From NCBI RefSeq assembly GCF_963853765.1, contig NC_088857.1:46562001-46626000 (forward strand): DNA of 64,000 nucleotides. Reading direction: 5' to 3'. The translations under genes were made by a program, and so were the position numbers. Positions within the stretch are counted from its first letter, which is position 1, and each line of letters starts with the position of its first letter. Below the pieces are notes generated by a model that saw only the letters and a program-made list of their open reading frames with translations, was not told the DNA's origin and ran no database searches. Below, piece after piece: positions 50,427 to 62,843 of the stretch. The DNA is from Magallana gigas (lineage: Eukaryota).

Positions 50427-53400
50427 TTATTTGAATCTTTTCTTTACGATAATTCGTAAGTCGGCGGGACATTCGGTTCCAAAAAAATCACGTTGCACAC
50501 CTACAAAGTTCGGTTTGGTGCCTTCCGGAAGTGATATTTCAAACCATTGAAGAAGATGGACGCACATCATTAAAATTTCCGACTTTGCTATAGATTCTCC
50601 AAGGCATACTCTCCTTCCAGCAGAAAATGGTAGCCAACTGTCCAGTTTTGTAGGATCCATTTTACCATCTTCATCCAAGTAACGGAGCGGATCAAATTTC
50701 TCGGGATCTTTCCAATATTTAGTGTCACGATGGAGAGCAAAATGGTTGATTAGGACAACCGTGTCTTTTGGAATGTCGTACCCACCTTTGTAAAAACAAA
50801 ACGCGTTATCTAACTTGTAATTCATCACTAGACATTACGAAAGTGTTTAATACTTTTCAGTTACTAATACCTATATATACGAATTGATTTTGTGATTTCA
50901 ATTTTTTCTTGATCTTCTATTTTTCATGTTTGTTTTGTAGTGAACATGTATTTTGTTCTGATATTATGCCCCCTTATAAAAGAAATAGTTGAGAACGTTT
51001 TTCCCTATCAATCCTATGAACATAAAGTCTTTGCCAATATTGTTATTGCATGTTTTTGATATGTAAAATAAATAATAAATTCAATATAAAAACTAGGCAC
51101 TGAAACCCACAACTTACCAACGTGTGTATCGCAGATGGTAAGATGTGGCAAACCCAGGCCTGCTATTACTCCCGCCCTCATTGTCTCATAGATGCAGGCC
51201 TCGGTGTAAGGCAACGACTGTCTGTCGGCGATAGATGGACAACGCCTACCTAAAAGTAAAGGATTTCTAAAAGGTACTTACATTTTCCCTATTGCTCTTG
51301 ATAAAATTCTCATTAATTCTACAATCACGATGGCAGCATTTCAAAATATCGATATGTGTGATTAACTTGTTTGTCAGGTATTTATACTACAAATTACAAA
51401 ACATTATTTTGTTCATTTCTAAGCTTTAATATATATATTTGATCGGTGTAGCACACATTCTAATAAATACTATATCGTAAAAGGTGAACATATACCAATT
51501 TTTTTGTCGATCTCCGCCTGACATTTTGCCTGTATTTCCGGAAGTCCAGACATGAAGCACAAGAACCATTCTAGGGTCAGTCTCGTCGTATCTACACCAG
51601 CTGTAAACGAATGAAAGCAAGTTCTGTATTCAGTTAAAACGCTTAACTCAAACAGATGTTTCGATGTATCAAAAGTTTGGTGACGTTTTTCACGTCACAG
51701 GTAGAGGTAAAGTAAATAATGTCTATGTCTTCATGCTGAAAGGTGACCAAACTCATTACACCAGGAGAAAATGGTTAAGGACAAAGCTAAATAAAAAAAG
51801 ACGTCAACCATGACAGTAAGATCTAATATATACATGTGTCTGCGTCTTTGTCCATGATAACACTACGAATCAATTGTGTATTGTAGAGTCCAATGGATTC
51901 AAATTACGTATTGTTGGGGTGCAAGTGGGGTCTACATAATTTAAAGAAATAAAATAACATAAATGTGTCAATATGCTAATATTTAATTGTAAAATTGCTA
52001 AACTATATAAATATTAGCTATAAGAAATCATTCTTTGAACATTATGAGGTGATATTTTATCTTTATATTTGGGCATAAATGGATTTTACCCATTCTGACC
52101 AAAATTATTATCTCATAATACTCAAAGAATGATTCATTATTCCTTATTTAAATACTCTTACTCTGTGTGTTTGTAAAACACGCTCAACATAATGCATTAT
52201 TTGGGTTTAACCTAGCTAATTGGGAATATATAAGGGAAGTAGACCAACACGACCATGTGGTAGTGGGTAGGATAAGTTCTCACCAAAAAAGATATCCGAA
52301 ACGGTTTGTACAAGATAAGTATCATTTAATTTCTCAAGGGATTCGTCGTCTCCAGATTTTTCCGCCTCAGATCTGGCTACTAGAAGGTGATCGGTAAAAT
52401 CCCGGATGTTATCTATAAATCAAATAAGATTCTTAAATATTACATACTTAGTGGAAAAAAATCGTTAAAATTGTTATTACCGGGACACGTAACAATATGC
52501 TTCAAGCATATCTCAATGCAATCAAAACTGAATTAATCAAAACTGAAAAACTTTAACTAGAAACTGACACATGGGAAGTTTGACGCAGGAACAGCGATAA
52601 GGTTTTGTTGAAATGTCAAAACTTTTCACTGGACTCAACACTTCTTGTGGGCAGTTTTGCTTTTTGTTACCAAAAATTTAAATCATGAAGTACTTAGTAT
52701 TCCAACACTTCAGGAACGAGGATGGCTTACTTGGATCAAACGTTTCCTGGTGTTCGTGTAAGAGTTTATGAAGGAATGAAAACACTCTATCCGCAGCTTC
52801 TTTGATGATGACGTAACGTCCGGACGGGTACACGTCCTTCAGGAACGGAAGCATATCCTCTCGGAGACCGTTCCCTACAGTTTTGTTTATTAGGTCTTTT
52901 TCTCGGAGCAGGAACTCTACATCAGGGTCACCAATCTCCTTACTTCAGAGAAATTAAGAGAGGCTTTTATCATTCATCATAAACAACTTGTGCGTGTTAG
53001 CTGATTGTGAGCAACTGAATGAATTTCACAGAAGACATGCACATTCTAGTTCTAGTATATAATGCTAAAAAGCAACGTTTTCTTCTCAAAGCAATAGTAT
53101 ACACCCACTTTTCTCCAAAACAGAGGGTATAAAGCTGGTAGAAGACGATATTGTTAAGGTGAGATTTCATTGCAATGGGTCCCTTCTCTGTCGCCATCAT
53201 GTTCATCACTTTTGTCATATTATCTTGTGTTAGTTTCTCAAGCAGATCTCCTTGTTGATAATTTCTGGAATTCAAACCAACCTAGTGCTATTCACTTCTA
53301 ACATGCAAGAATTATTTTAATTACATAATAACTTTATAGGCGTATTCTTACAGACATTTATTGAATGTTGCATTTTTTACATGGAGGGGGGTGAAACGGA

Positions 53401-56400
53401 TTGGGTGGGAGATTATAGGACCAGTCGTATTTTAAGCATAAAAATAAAGATTTATAGGTGAATTTTTCTTAATATCTTTATTTTCACAGCCGGCCGGCCG
53501 GCCGGACAGACTTATTACAATAGGTCGCCCGTGGAGCGGGGTCCTATAATTTTATGTTCGAGAAGGAAAGATGAGGGGTGGGTACTTTCTTCCTGTAATT
53601 AATTGAATCATGCATTAGTGTTTGAACTGTATCTTTGGATGTTTCCTCCTTTTTCTCAAAGACGGTTAATCATATTCATTAGTGTTTTCAAATCACCATT
53701 CTATCATCTAATTTGAATTTAATCCCAGAATTTGTGATTTAAACATTATTTTTTTCAAAGTGCGTAAAGTGTATTCATAAAAAATATGTTGATGCTCCTT
53801 CATGGCGCCTTTTGAATCTTTTTTCCAAACTGCGTTCACTTGACTTGGTACCAATTTTTACACACTTTGAAAATTTGTTTTCAAAGTGGGTTGATATGGT
53901 CCCAAATTACATGATCTTTGAAAAAATAATTCAGATTGCATTTCCATTTAGCTGTGTAAATGTACCTTAAAGCTTTGATGGCTACACGTCGGTGATACTG
54001 CCACATAGGAGAGTAGGAAGCCACAGCTATGTCCTTATATCCCTCGCTGACCAAAGAGACTGAATCAAAAAAATTCTAGAACTAATGGGAGTTCTAAATT
54101 TATTAAACACTTGTATGTGTGTATTGGTTTACCATTTAAACAATAAATAGAACGTTCTTTTGATGGTTTATGCGGATGTGAACATAATAAGAAAGGAAAA
54201 AATATATTAAAGCGTGTTATTTACGTATTTATTTTTCGGTTGAAAGGATAACACTGGCGATTAAAAAATGAAATGTATAATTTTGCAAAGCTTGCTATCT
54301 GTATGCATCAACAACCATTAATTTTATTTAAAATTACATTTCTTTTTGAAACTCTCTTCATTTCTTTCCTTTTTTTGAAAATTACTCTGTTCAAAGTTAA
54401 AGACGTAATATTGGTTGCTTGGTAGATGTTGAAAACACACTCACAAGTTACTGAAGCCGGGCGTCCAGCAAAATCCGCCTTTCTTTTCACCATGGCTTCC
54501 ATTACAACCTCATAGTTGTTTAGAAAGACGGTTCGGATAGGCCCTGTGTGTAAACGACATTGATGAGGGCATATAAAAAAACCCAGAATGAACATGTTCA
54601 TTGGAAATAATAATTTCACATGGAATATGGAAGAGAAAGTTTGATTTGAAAATCAATTCCCAAAAATGATGCTAAAAATTAATGCAAACTTACCAAAAGA
54701 AAACAGAGTTACTGGACCATACTTCTTCGACAGTTGTAGAACTACTCTGTGCAGTAAAGGTTTAGTGTATACTGCAATAAGAATGAAAATGGCATATATT
54801 TCTCTGCAAAATTCACTTTGAGTTAGGATGGATATTGAATTCACTTGGTTTAGTTATTAAAACTATCACTACCAAGTACGAACTGATACCATCTGTGAGT
54901 CACTTGAATAAATGCCATGTTGATTGTGATGTGACCTTGACATTGGTTAACTTACCTCAGAGCAGGGTCATGGGATGTCATTGGGTTTTCAGCAACCACT
55001 GTTGCTTTTGTTTTAAAAGATATGGACTGTGCATAAACGTGGCACATGCATACATGTCTATTTACAGACAGACGGATATGGTAATTTCAAATCATTTCCT
55101 AAGTTTGTTTGCACAGGGTACACACACGACAAATGCATAGATATCCAAATAAACAATAAACTATAACAGGGCCTGTTTTTAAAACATCAATGCTGAAAAT
55201 AGTGTCTTTTGTGACTGCAAGGTCTGACCTTGACTGGGTCTAACAAAAGAACCTACGATAAATTTTTGATTTTCATGAAATGATCCTTAATGCTCACGAT
55301 TTTGGCCAAAAATGTCTTAATGTATAAAATGCTTAAGTAAGGCATTTCTAATAGGCAACAAAAATTTAAATGTCATTTGTTGAGTTATAAGCGAGTTACA
55401 GAGCTTACAATTCTTTGCAATGTAAACAAAACCTAATGAATGTGTTGAACGTTAGGAACTGTTTATTTATGCTTAAAATGAATAATAATATAGACAATAC
55501 AGGTACATGTATATTGAACCTATTTAAACAAAAACAGGAAACGAGCCTTGTTTACATAACAAGTAGTTGTGAGTCCTGTATGTTGCTTATATCTCTAAGA
55601 CTGACTCTCAAATTTCATTTGATCATTAGAAATGCATTTCTAAAACATTGTAAATAATAAAAACAGGAAAATAGAATTTGACAAAAATCGTGATCATGCC
55701 AATTAACGAGCCAGATGTTTCAAAAACCATAAATTGGGTCATTATCAAAATATGCAGACTTATGCGTAAGTTTCAATTTAAAGGGGAAAAAATAATTGGG
55801 GGGGGGGGGGGGGGTATACAGTACCACTGGATTTTAGAAAACTAAAACTTTAACTTTGAAAACATAAATTGAATTGATAATTTTATTGCTTAAAATTTGA
55901 AAAAAATTTATCATTTGTTATCAGATATTGGTGACTTTGTGTTGTCAGTAAATTTTGCCAACGTTTTTAACCAGTCCTACAAAGTATTCAATAATATTTA
56001 ACTTTTTACTAAAACAATCACCGTAAATACTCAAATTAACATTTATATTTTAATTTCTGCTATGCTATGCATTACTGAACAAGTTTTCAGTGGTATAACG
56101 GTGAGTGGTGTAACCAAAAATTGCTCAAGCAATATCCATTTAAATTATGTTTTGAAATCAGAGATCGTTTGAGATTGAATAAGTGAATAGATCATAAATT
56201 CGAAATGATAAGCTATTTTTTACAGAAAAGAGACAGAAATGTTAGAGTATAGTGGTGCATTTTTAATTTGTATGAAGAAGTTAGTTTTAATTGTCAGTTG
56301 CTGTTGTAAAGTATAGACATATAAGGTACAGGCGTTTGCTTCATACAGCGCTGTAGTCAACTGCATTCATTCTGATACATAGTCAAATCTCGCTTCTCAG

Positions 56401-56629
56401 GTTAAAAAAAGTTAGACCGACAACAGGTTTCCGACGATTTCCATGTGTCAAACAGTAAATTTTTTTTTACATATATCAAAACTATACCTTCAAAGTTTCC
56501 AATCAGAGGGATGGCCCATGGTCCCGGAGGTAGCCGGTAGATGAACCTCCTCCTGATGAAGTAGACAAGCAGCCCCACGGTAAGGGCCACCAGCACAGTC
56601 TGTACGTTCAAAAGGTTGAGTGTCAACAT
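50427..56629 (-). CDS. CYP356-like: Cytochrome P450 copy B, clan 2, CYP356-like (CYP17A1-like annotation), 501 aa, intact
   Basis: Exons 56488-56629, 54694-54771, 54445-54543, 53966-54059, 53109-53264, 52731-52942, 52284-52412, 51496-51600, 51118-51249, 50427-50785. Exon sizes and phases identical to copy A; AGVDTT, ETMR and PFSAGRRVCLG intact. Confidence 0.93.
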
Positions 56630-56699
56630 CTTTCCGTCAAATCACTTCAGCTCAGGATTCTGTATCATCTAATGTCAAGCAAAAAGAATTCATTACACC

Positions 56700-56870
56700 C
56701 TTGTGGGGATCTATAGGGGGCGGTCGAAGGAGGAGTTGTCGATCTTGACCCCCTTACAAAAATAGTCCTTGGACCCACCACCACCCACCCATCGCCCAGC
56801 CCAACCAGCAAAGACAAAATTATTACTAGGCTCCCACTCCTCTGGGAAAATTTCTAGATCCGCTCATGAC
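56700..56870. mobile_element. Degenerate MITE of a GGATC...GATCCGC(G)CATG family; related copies near 38840-39060 and 63293-63445
   Basis: ggatctatagggggcgg ... gaaaatttctagatccgctcatg, with G/C tracts shared with the other copies. Confidence 0.5.

Positions 56871-56874
<4 letters not shown>

Positions 56875-56930
<56 letters not shown>
56875..56930. repeat. (GA)n microsatellite upstream of CYP copy B
   Basis: GA run at a position homologous to those upstream of copy A. Confidence 0.95.
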
Positions 56931-56934
<4 letters not shown>

Positions 56935-57491
56935 TAGATATATATCAATATTTAACGATACGGTATATATACTTTGTAGCCTGCACATAGTTTATCAATA
57001 CTCTTAATCCCTCTCCATGCACATCCTTTTACACTGGATCTTTTTTTTATCTTATGAAATTCCTCTTCGGATTTCGATCGTCAATCTAATAATTTAAAGG
57101 TCAAGGACTTCGAACGAAAAGTCCGCAGATTTGTTTGCAAGAGGCGGATCCAGCTTTGAAAGTGAGAAAATGGGTCGAAGGTTCAGATGATCTAGAAATT
57201 GAACCCGATTATGTATATCAAATGGAATCAGTGTGCCAACCATCCATTCATTAATTTCTGTTGTCTTTTCGACTATTCTCTTTGCTGAAGTGACCGACTG
57301 TTAATTGATATTCATTTTAGGTCAAACGACCTAAAATGTTTAACCTACATGTATTTCGTGTGCGCTTGCGATTGAATTACGTACGTAAATATACAAAATT
57401 CATCATATGTTTTTATATGAAAGATAAGTGCTTTTTGCAGACACTTTCTTGAATAAAATATGAACGACCCTCTTATCAAATGTCAATTTCA

Positions 57492-57508
57492 TACGTGTAT
57501 CATGTTGT

Positions 57509-57546
<38 letters not shown>

Positions 57547-57564
57547 TACAACATGATACGTGTA
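57492..57564. other. Near-perfect hairpin (27-bp arms, 9-nt loop)
   Basis: gtatcatgttgtaaattttgaatttac (57497-57523) and gtaaatacaaaatttacaacatgatac (57533-57559), one mismatch. Confidence 0.9.
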
Positions 57565-57901
57565 CACACACTTCCAGAGGGAACGTGCTCTTTACAAAGC
57601 TCCTTCTAACACCTAAAAGTTTAACACAATAAATTTTCCCATTCATTATACATTGAACTATACATGCACATATTTATCATAGTTAAATCTGTTCTGTTTC
57701 AAGATTACACAGTTTCGCATTTGCGCGAATTAATTCTTAGATATTAATTTTGTAAATAAAACTTCAAGTCAAATGCGTTAAAGTCTTTAACTTGAATTCT
57801 CACCTGGCGCAAACTATTTTTCTCATGATAAATTTTTATTTATTTATTTTTTTTTTTGATTATGAGAAAAAGTATAAAACGTCAGCTGTCTGGCAGTAAT
57901 C

Positions 57902-58144
57902 CACTGGTGTCGGAAGCAAATTGAAAGTGGGGGGCTAGACTAATCCTCTGAAATATTGAGGAAAAAAGTAATTCCCAAAATCATGGAAATCCTAATCCGG
58001 GGGGGGGGGGGGGGGGGGAGGGGGAGTATACCTATACTTCCCGTAAAAAAAAAATTACTTACCCAACAATTTTTTTCCCAAAATCATGAAATTCCTAATC
58101 AAAAGCCCCCCCCCCCCCTAGCCCCCCCGTTGCTGACGCCTATG
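57902..58144. mobile_element. G/C-tract MITE
   Basis: cactggtgtcggaagc..ggggggcta at the left, tagcccccccgttgctgacgcctatg at the right (imperfect inverted ends), internal G and C homopolymers. Confidence 0.55.
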
Positions 58145-58363
58145 TACTCTATTCTATCGTTCTTTTTAATGAATTAAGATATGATTTTACCTCGTTTTAG
58201 GCCTAATTAGGCATAATTATTATGCATACTGTTTTACATGTAGATATATAATTTCGTATTTGTAGTAAAAATGTCTAGTAAAAGCATTTTGTTTTCGCAA
58301 AGGGACTACACAGATATATACCGAAGAAGGATACAGGGGGTGGGTCCTAAACACGCGCATGAC

Positions 58364-58533
58364 GGCACCTGAATTTTTATCAATCAGTCGCTCAATAATT
58401 AAGCCAGCTGTAAAAAAAAAAATACCTCCTTTACATGTATATATAAATACACCTTGTGTATTTATATATAGAGGAGGTAGAATTTGTTTATATTTGGCTT
58501 ATTGAGCGGCTGAATGATAAAAATTCAGATGCC
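58364..58533. other. Imperfect foldback (arms of about 80 bp) just upstream of N6AMT1
   Basis: ggcacctgaatttttatcaatcagtcgctcaata..tacctcct..tataaatacac / gtgtatttata..aggaggta..tattgagcggctgaatgataaaaattcagatgcc. Confidence 0.8.
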
Positions 58534-58651
58534 TGTGGTCAAATGTCTATATATATTTCATATAATTTGAGAAAACATCGGGTTCGGTGTTGCGGTTGAA
58601 AACGAAAGTAGAAAAGAGTGGTCTGTTTGTGACTGTCTTACGTCGGTCTTG

Positions 58652-61562
58652 ATGTCGCTAACTTCGCTAAGTCATTTCCCAACTCCAAAAATATCTCACT
58701 TGTCAACAGATGATTTCAAGTTTATTTACGAGCCAGCGGAAGACTCGTTTCTTTTGCTAGATGCTTTAGAAAAGGACTGTGTTCGCATCGAGAAATTAAG
58801 GTAGGTATTCACCATAAACAGATAAACAGATGAAGTTAATATTATTTGATTGTTCGAGACTTTCATATAACGTTAAGAATTATTGTGAATGGTAAAAATA
58901 AATTGAGCCCAAAATCGATAAGTGTTTAAGACAATCTTGTTATATTGTGACCTTTAGATATTCTTTTGAAAAAAATCCAAAACAAAACAAATCGATAACA
59001 AGCCTTCACAAACTTTCTTTTCACACCCTCTTATTGTTTGTGATGGTCTGTGCTTCACACTATATTTTGTTTCAAGTTAGTATAACTGAATCCTAGCAGC
59101 AAGTGTTACAGTGTATGTTGTCATCATGTATTTAAAACACCAATGATTACATCAGAGTGACATAAAGCAATCAACACCTGCATATTGTAAAAAAAATACA
59201 AGTAGATAAACATAATATAGAGAAGTAAATCCTCTGTTCCCTTGGATTTTGGAGATTTAGTGTATGAGTAAATTTAAATTCTGTGTTGCATAAGCCTGAA
59301 TTAAATAATATAAATGTTAAAGTTTTTAAGATTAAATAAGTAAAAACATTTGTCAACATGTAACTGTCACCCATTCCAACATTTACACATAATCAAAATA
59401 TCAGAGTTTGCAAGAAAAGATATCTCTATACACATTAAAACATTCAATCAGTATCTTAAAACGTGTACTATGTTATAATTATTTGTATTTTATGATAGAC
59501 CATGCATTTGCCTGGAAGTTGGGTGTGGATCAGGGATATGCATTACTTTTTTGGCGACTATTCTTAAGTCATGGCCTTCTTTATATTTGTAAGTATGAAC
59601 TACCTGTCTATAATTTTTTTTTTAATTTTAAATACTGACATGCATATTTCCAATAGAGTATACAGGTGAAATATAAACTTTTATTACTGCCAATAGTTGA
59701 AGAGAAGAATGTTCTGTACATGTAAATAAATGTTAAAGAGTAAAAATGAACATAAAGCTTGTTTGTTGGTCAAAAATTTGACACATGAAAATAATAAGTT
59801 ATTGATTACTTGTATATACCAGAGGTATGTATATATATTATTTTTTCTATTATTTTGAAGATGCACAGATATAAACCATAAAGCAACGGAAATTGCCCAA
59901 CAAACTGGGAGGGAAAATGGCATTAACATACAACCAGTGACTACTGACTTAGTGGGTTATCTTTTATACATAAATTAAGTGAAATTTTATCCTATGTGAA
60001 ATTATGACTCAAATAGTTCAAATCGATGTTGTTTGTTAAACTTTGTACACATATTATTAACTTTAATTTACTCATTTATAAAAGTCTTATAAGAAAAAAA
60101 ATATATTGATGAACAGTCAAACCTTGTTATCTTGATTTTGAGAAAGGCTGAGAAAAAACTGAGATAACCAAAGGTTTTATATAATTTTATTTAGGTTGAG
60201 GTATAGTAAGAATATATTGATTTGGACTTTGTATTAATTACAAACCCCATTCTGGCATTCTTCAGCTATTACACACTGCTTTCCATTAATCATTGGCTAT
60301 TATGACATTAAATTCGGTATGCGTGGTTCAATTCCAAATTTCCAAGTATGACGTCAAATGATTACATTAACGTCAACTTGGTATACAAACAGCTGGCACA
60401 AATTGGCAGGAAAGTTTATAAGAGACAAGTATATAATAGACAAGGAACGATTTGTTAACAATAAGCATTCTTCACAATGTCATGATGTATTTTCTATTGT
60501 TTCTTTGATATTTTCTATAAGTATATAATTTATACAGCACCCTCGAGCTGATATATTGGTTGCGATATAAAAAATGCCACGCAATAATCTATTACTTATA
60601 CATACCTGACCTTCCTTAGCTTAATGTTCAATTTCAGGTGGAAAGTCTAGATGTCAGGCTGAAGGGGCAGGTGGACATCCTTTTATTTAACCCACCATAC
60701 GTGGTGACCCCAGAATCTGAGGTATGGTTCTCAACTTGCTTGAATGTCTGTTATTCTAATGATGAATGTACATACTTTTTTGCAATGGAACTGAAATGTT
60801 TTAACTTTTATGTTAGGTTTTTTTCTTTACTTATGATATCATTTTAGAGAAAACATACACATTCAAAGCTGTTGAAAAATTAAGAAAGATAACTCTTACC
60901 ACCTTGCTTTCTCTTTTGTCTGGCTGCTGCAGGTTGGGTCTAAAGGAATAGAAGCAGCATGGGCAGGTGGGGAGAGAGGCAGACAGGTGATTGACAGATT
61001 CCTGACCAAAGTTTCAGACCTTTTGTCTGAAGAGGGATTGTTTTATATGGTTGTGATCAATGAAAACATACCTGGTAATTTCTAAGAGAGAGAGAGAGAG
61101 AGAATTGGTAATTTTTAAAATACTGTAAAAGCTAATATCAAGTCATCTTCGCTAGCCAAGGGTTTTCGGTCCACTTTGCTCCCCATAAACCCTTGGCGTA
61201 TGTTGTCTGAGATAATCTCTTCAATATTTGTAAAGGTATGCGGGTTTTGATGACTAGTCACTATGGATAAATAGCACAGAAACTATTTAACGCTAAATGT
61301 TGTCTTGATAGAATACATATATATCAGGTTTATTGGTCATAATTTTACATAGAAATAATTCACAGAGGTATAATAAATCATACTGTTCACTAATATTAGA
61401 TTAAGTTTTCTAAGATATGTACTACTCATGTTAATACTTGTATTTGTAGAGGAAATAGAGCAAATGATGAAGAAGGAGGGCTTCGACATGGAGACAGTTC
61501 TAACAAGACGGTCCGGTCCTGAGCTCCTCTCTATCCTCAGGTTCCATAGGACGCAAGCCTGA
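58652..61562 (+). CDS. N6AMT1: HemK methyltransferase family member 2 (eRF1 glutamine methyltransferase / KMT9 catalytic subunit), 222 aa
   Basis: Exons 58652-58800, 59499-59588, 59861-59951, 60638-60721, 60933-61074, 61450-61562 (669 nt). YEPAEDSFLLLDALE, CLEVGCGSG (SAM motif I), TDIN, VDILLFNPPYV (NPPY), AAWAGGERGR, G.FYMV, ELLSILRF. Confidence 0.96.
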
Positions 61563-61734
61563 GGTGAGTTCCACCTGTATATTAATCATATGTTTCAATA
61601 GGTCATTATGTGCAATGAAGGTAGACATTTACTGACCATGAGCCTGCTCACTGAATTTTCTGGTTCTCTTGAATAATTTATGCCCTCTAAGGCTCCTAGA
61701 ATCCAAATCTTGTACCTGTTTTCTTTGGTGATAA

Positions 61735-61960
61735 GCAGGTGTCAGAGTCTTTGACTCCCCCTTTGGTGGGACACCAGTCCATCACAGGTTAACCTCCAGC
61801 TATAACCTTTACCTACCAGTATTAGAGCTGGGTGGACTGAGACAATGCAGATAAAGTGTGTTGTCTAAAGACACAACGCATCCCAGATGACATCAAATGC
61901 CCACTGTAGGAGTTGAACCAGCAACCTATTTGTTACTAGCCTAGCATCGCGTGCTCCACA
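61735..61960 (-). mobile_element. tRNA-derived SINE (CORE-like central domain), degenerate
   Basis: ggtgggacaccagtccatcacaggttaacc..agctgggtggac..ataaagtgtgttgtctaaagacacaac..ggagttgaaccagcaacc reads as the reverse complement of a SINE2 body with a B-box remnant (GGTTCAACTCC). The family is recalled, not searched. Confidence 0.6.
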
Positions 61961-62592
61961 ATTAGATGTTTGTTGCTGTATATATATACATTTACATGAT
62001 CTACATACAGTTACAAGTACACAAGTGCTTATCATTATTGTTACTGATACTATTTTATGTAACTGCATGATATTTGTGCTTGAAACATTTTATGCATGCA
62101 TTTTACATGATCCTTAACCTTTATGATTACCAGAGGTACACGCACTGCTGCAGTCTATAAACAATTTCAGCCATATATGCTTTATGAGGGTTGTAAATTA
62201 AAAAAATGGATTGAATGTTGTGTATGACTTTAATTTCAGAAGAGTTAACTTAAATAAAAAAACAACTGTTCAACATTGTGACCAAAGTTTATAAAACCTG
62301 TACAATGTGTATATAACATTATCTCAGAGAGATTTTATGTAGAGCCATAACACAATGGAGATATTTAGAGCCATAACTCAATAGAGATAATTAAAATCAA
62401 GACTATCTATATTGATAATTGATGATCAATTTATAAATTCAATGAATTGTCAGAGTATTTTCCAATCATTTTCGGAGAATAACTTTTGAAGAATGGCTAC
62501 TTTCATACATTTTATTTAGGCCCTTGGTGCAATAGAAGGGGCATTAACTTAACATAGAAATGAATAGGGATGTGGCCCTGTTTGCTTTGCTA

Positions 62593-62843
62593 TTAGTACC
62601 TGGTAAACTGTCTGTGTTTGCATTCCTCCTGGATTTGGCATGCAGGTATTTGCTTCCCATAATTCCAATATTTAAACAGCAGCTTCATGTGAAATGAAAT
62701 CCTCATCAATCTCGGCCGTCTAAATATACCCCACACTTGTAGGTCATCCTGGGCTGGCTTCATTAAATACTTCACCCGACAACAGCGCCAGTGAAGGACA
62801 AATACATGTAGTGTCTGCATGCATATGTATTTTTCTCTGTCTG
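62593..62843 (-). CDS. Possible orphan exon of a gene lying mostly beyond the window
   Basis: Pyrimidine-rich acceptor ttatttctggcag| followed by about 83 open codons (DREKYICMQ...KHRQFTRY*), less AT-rich than the flanks; no recognisable homology. Confidence 0.2.
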
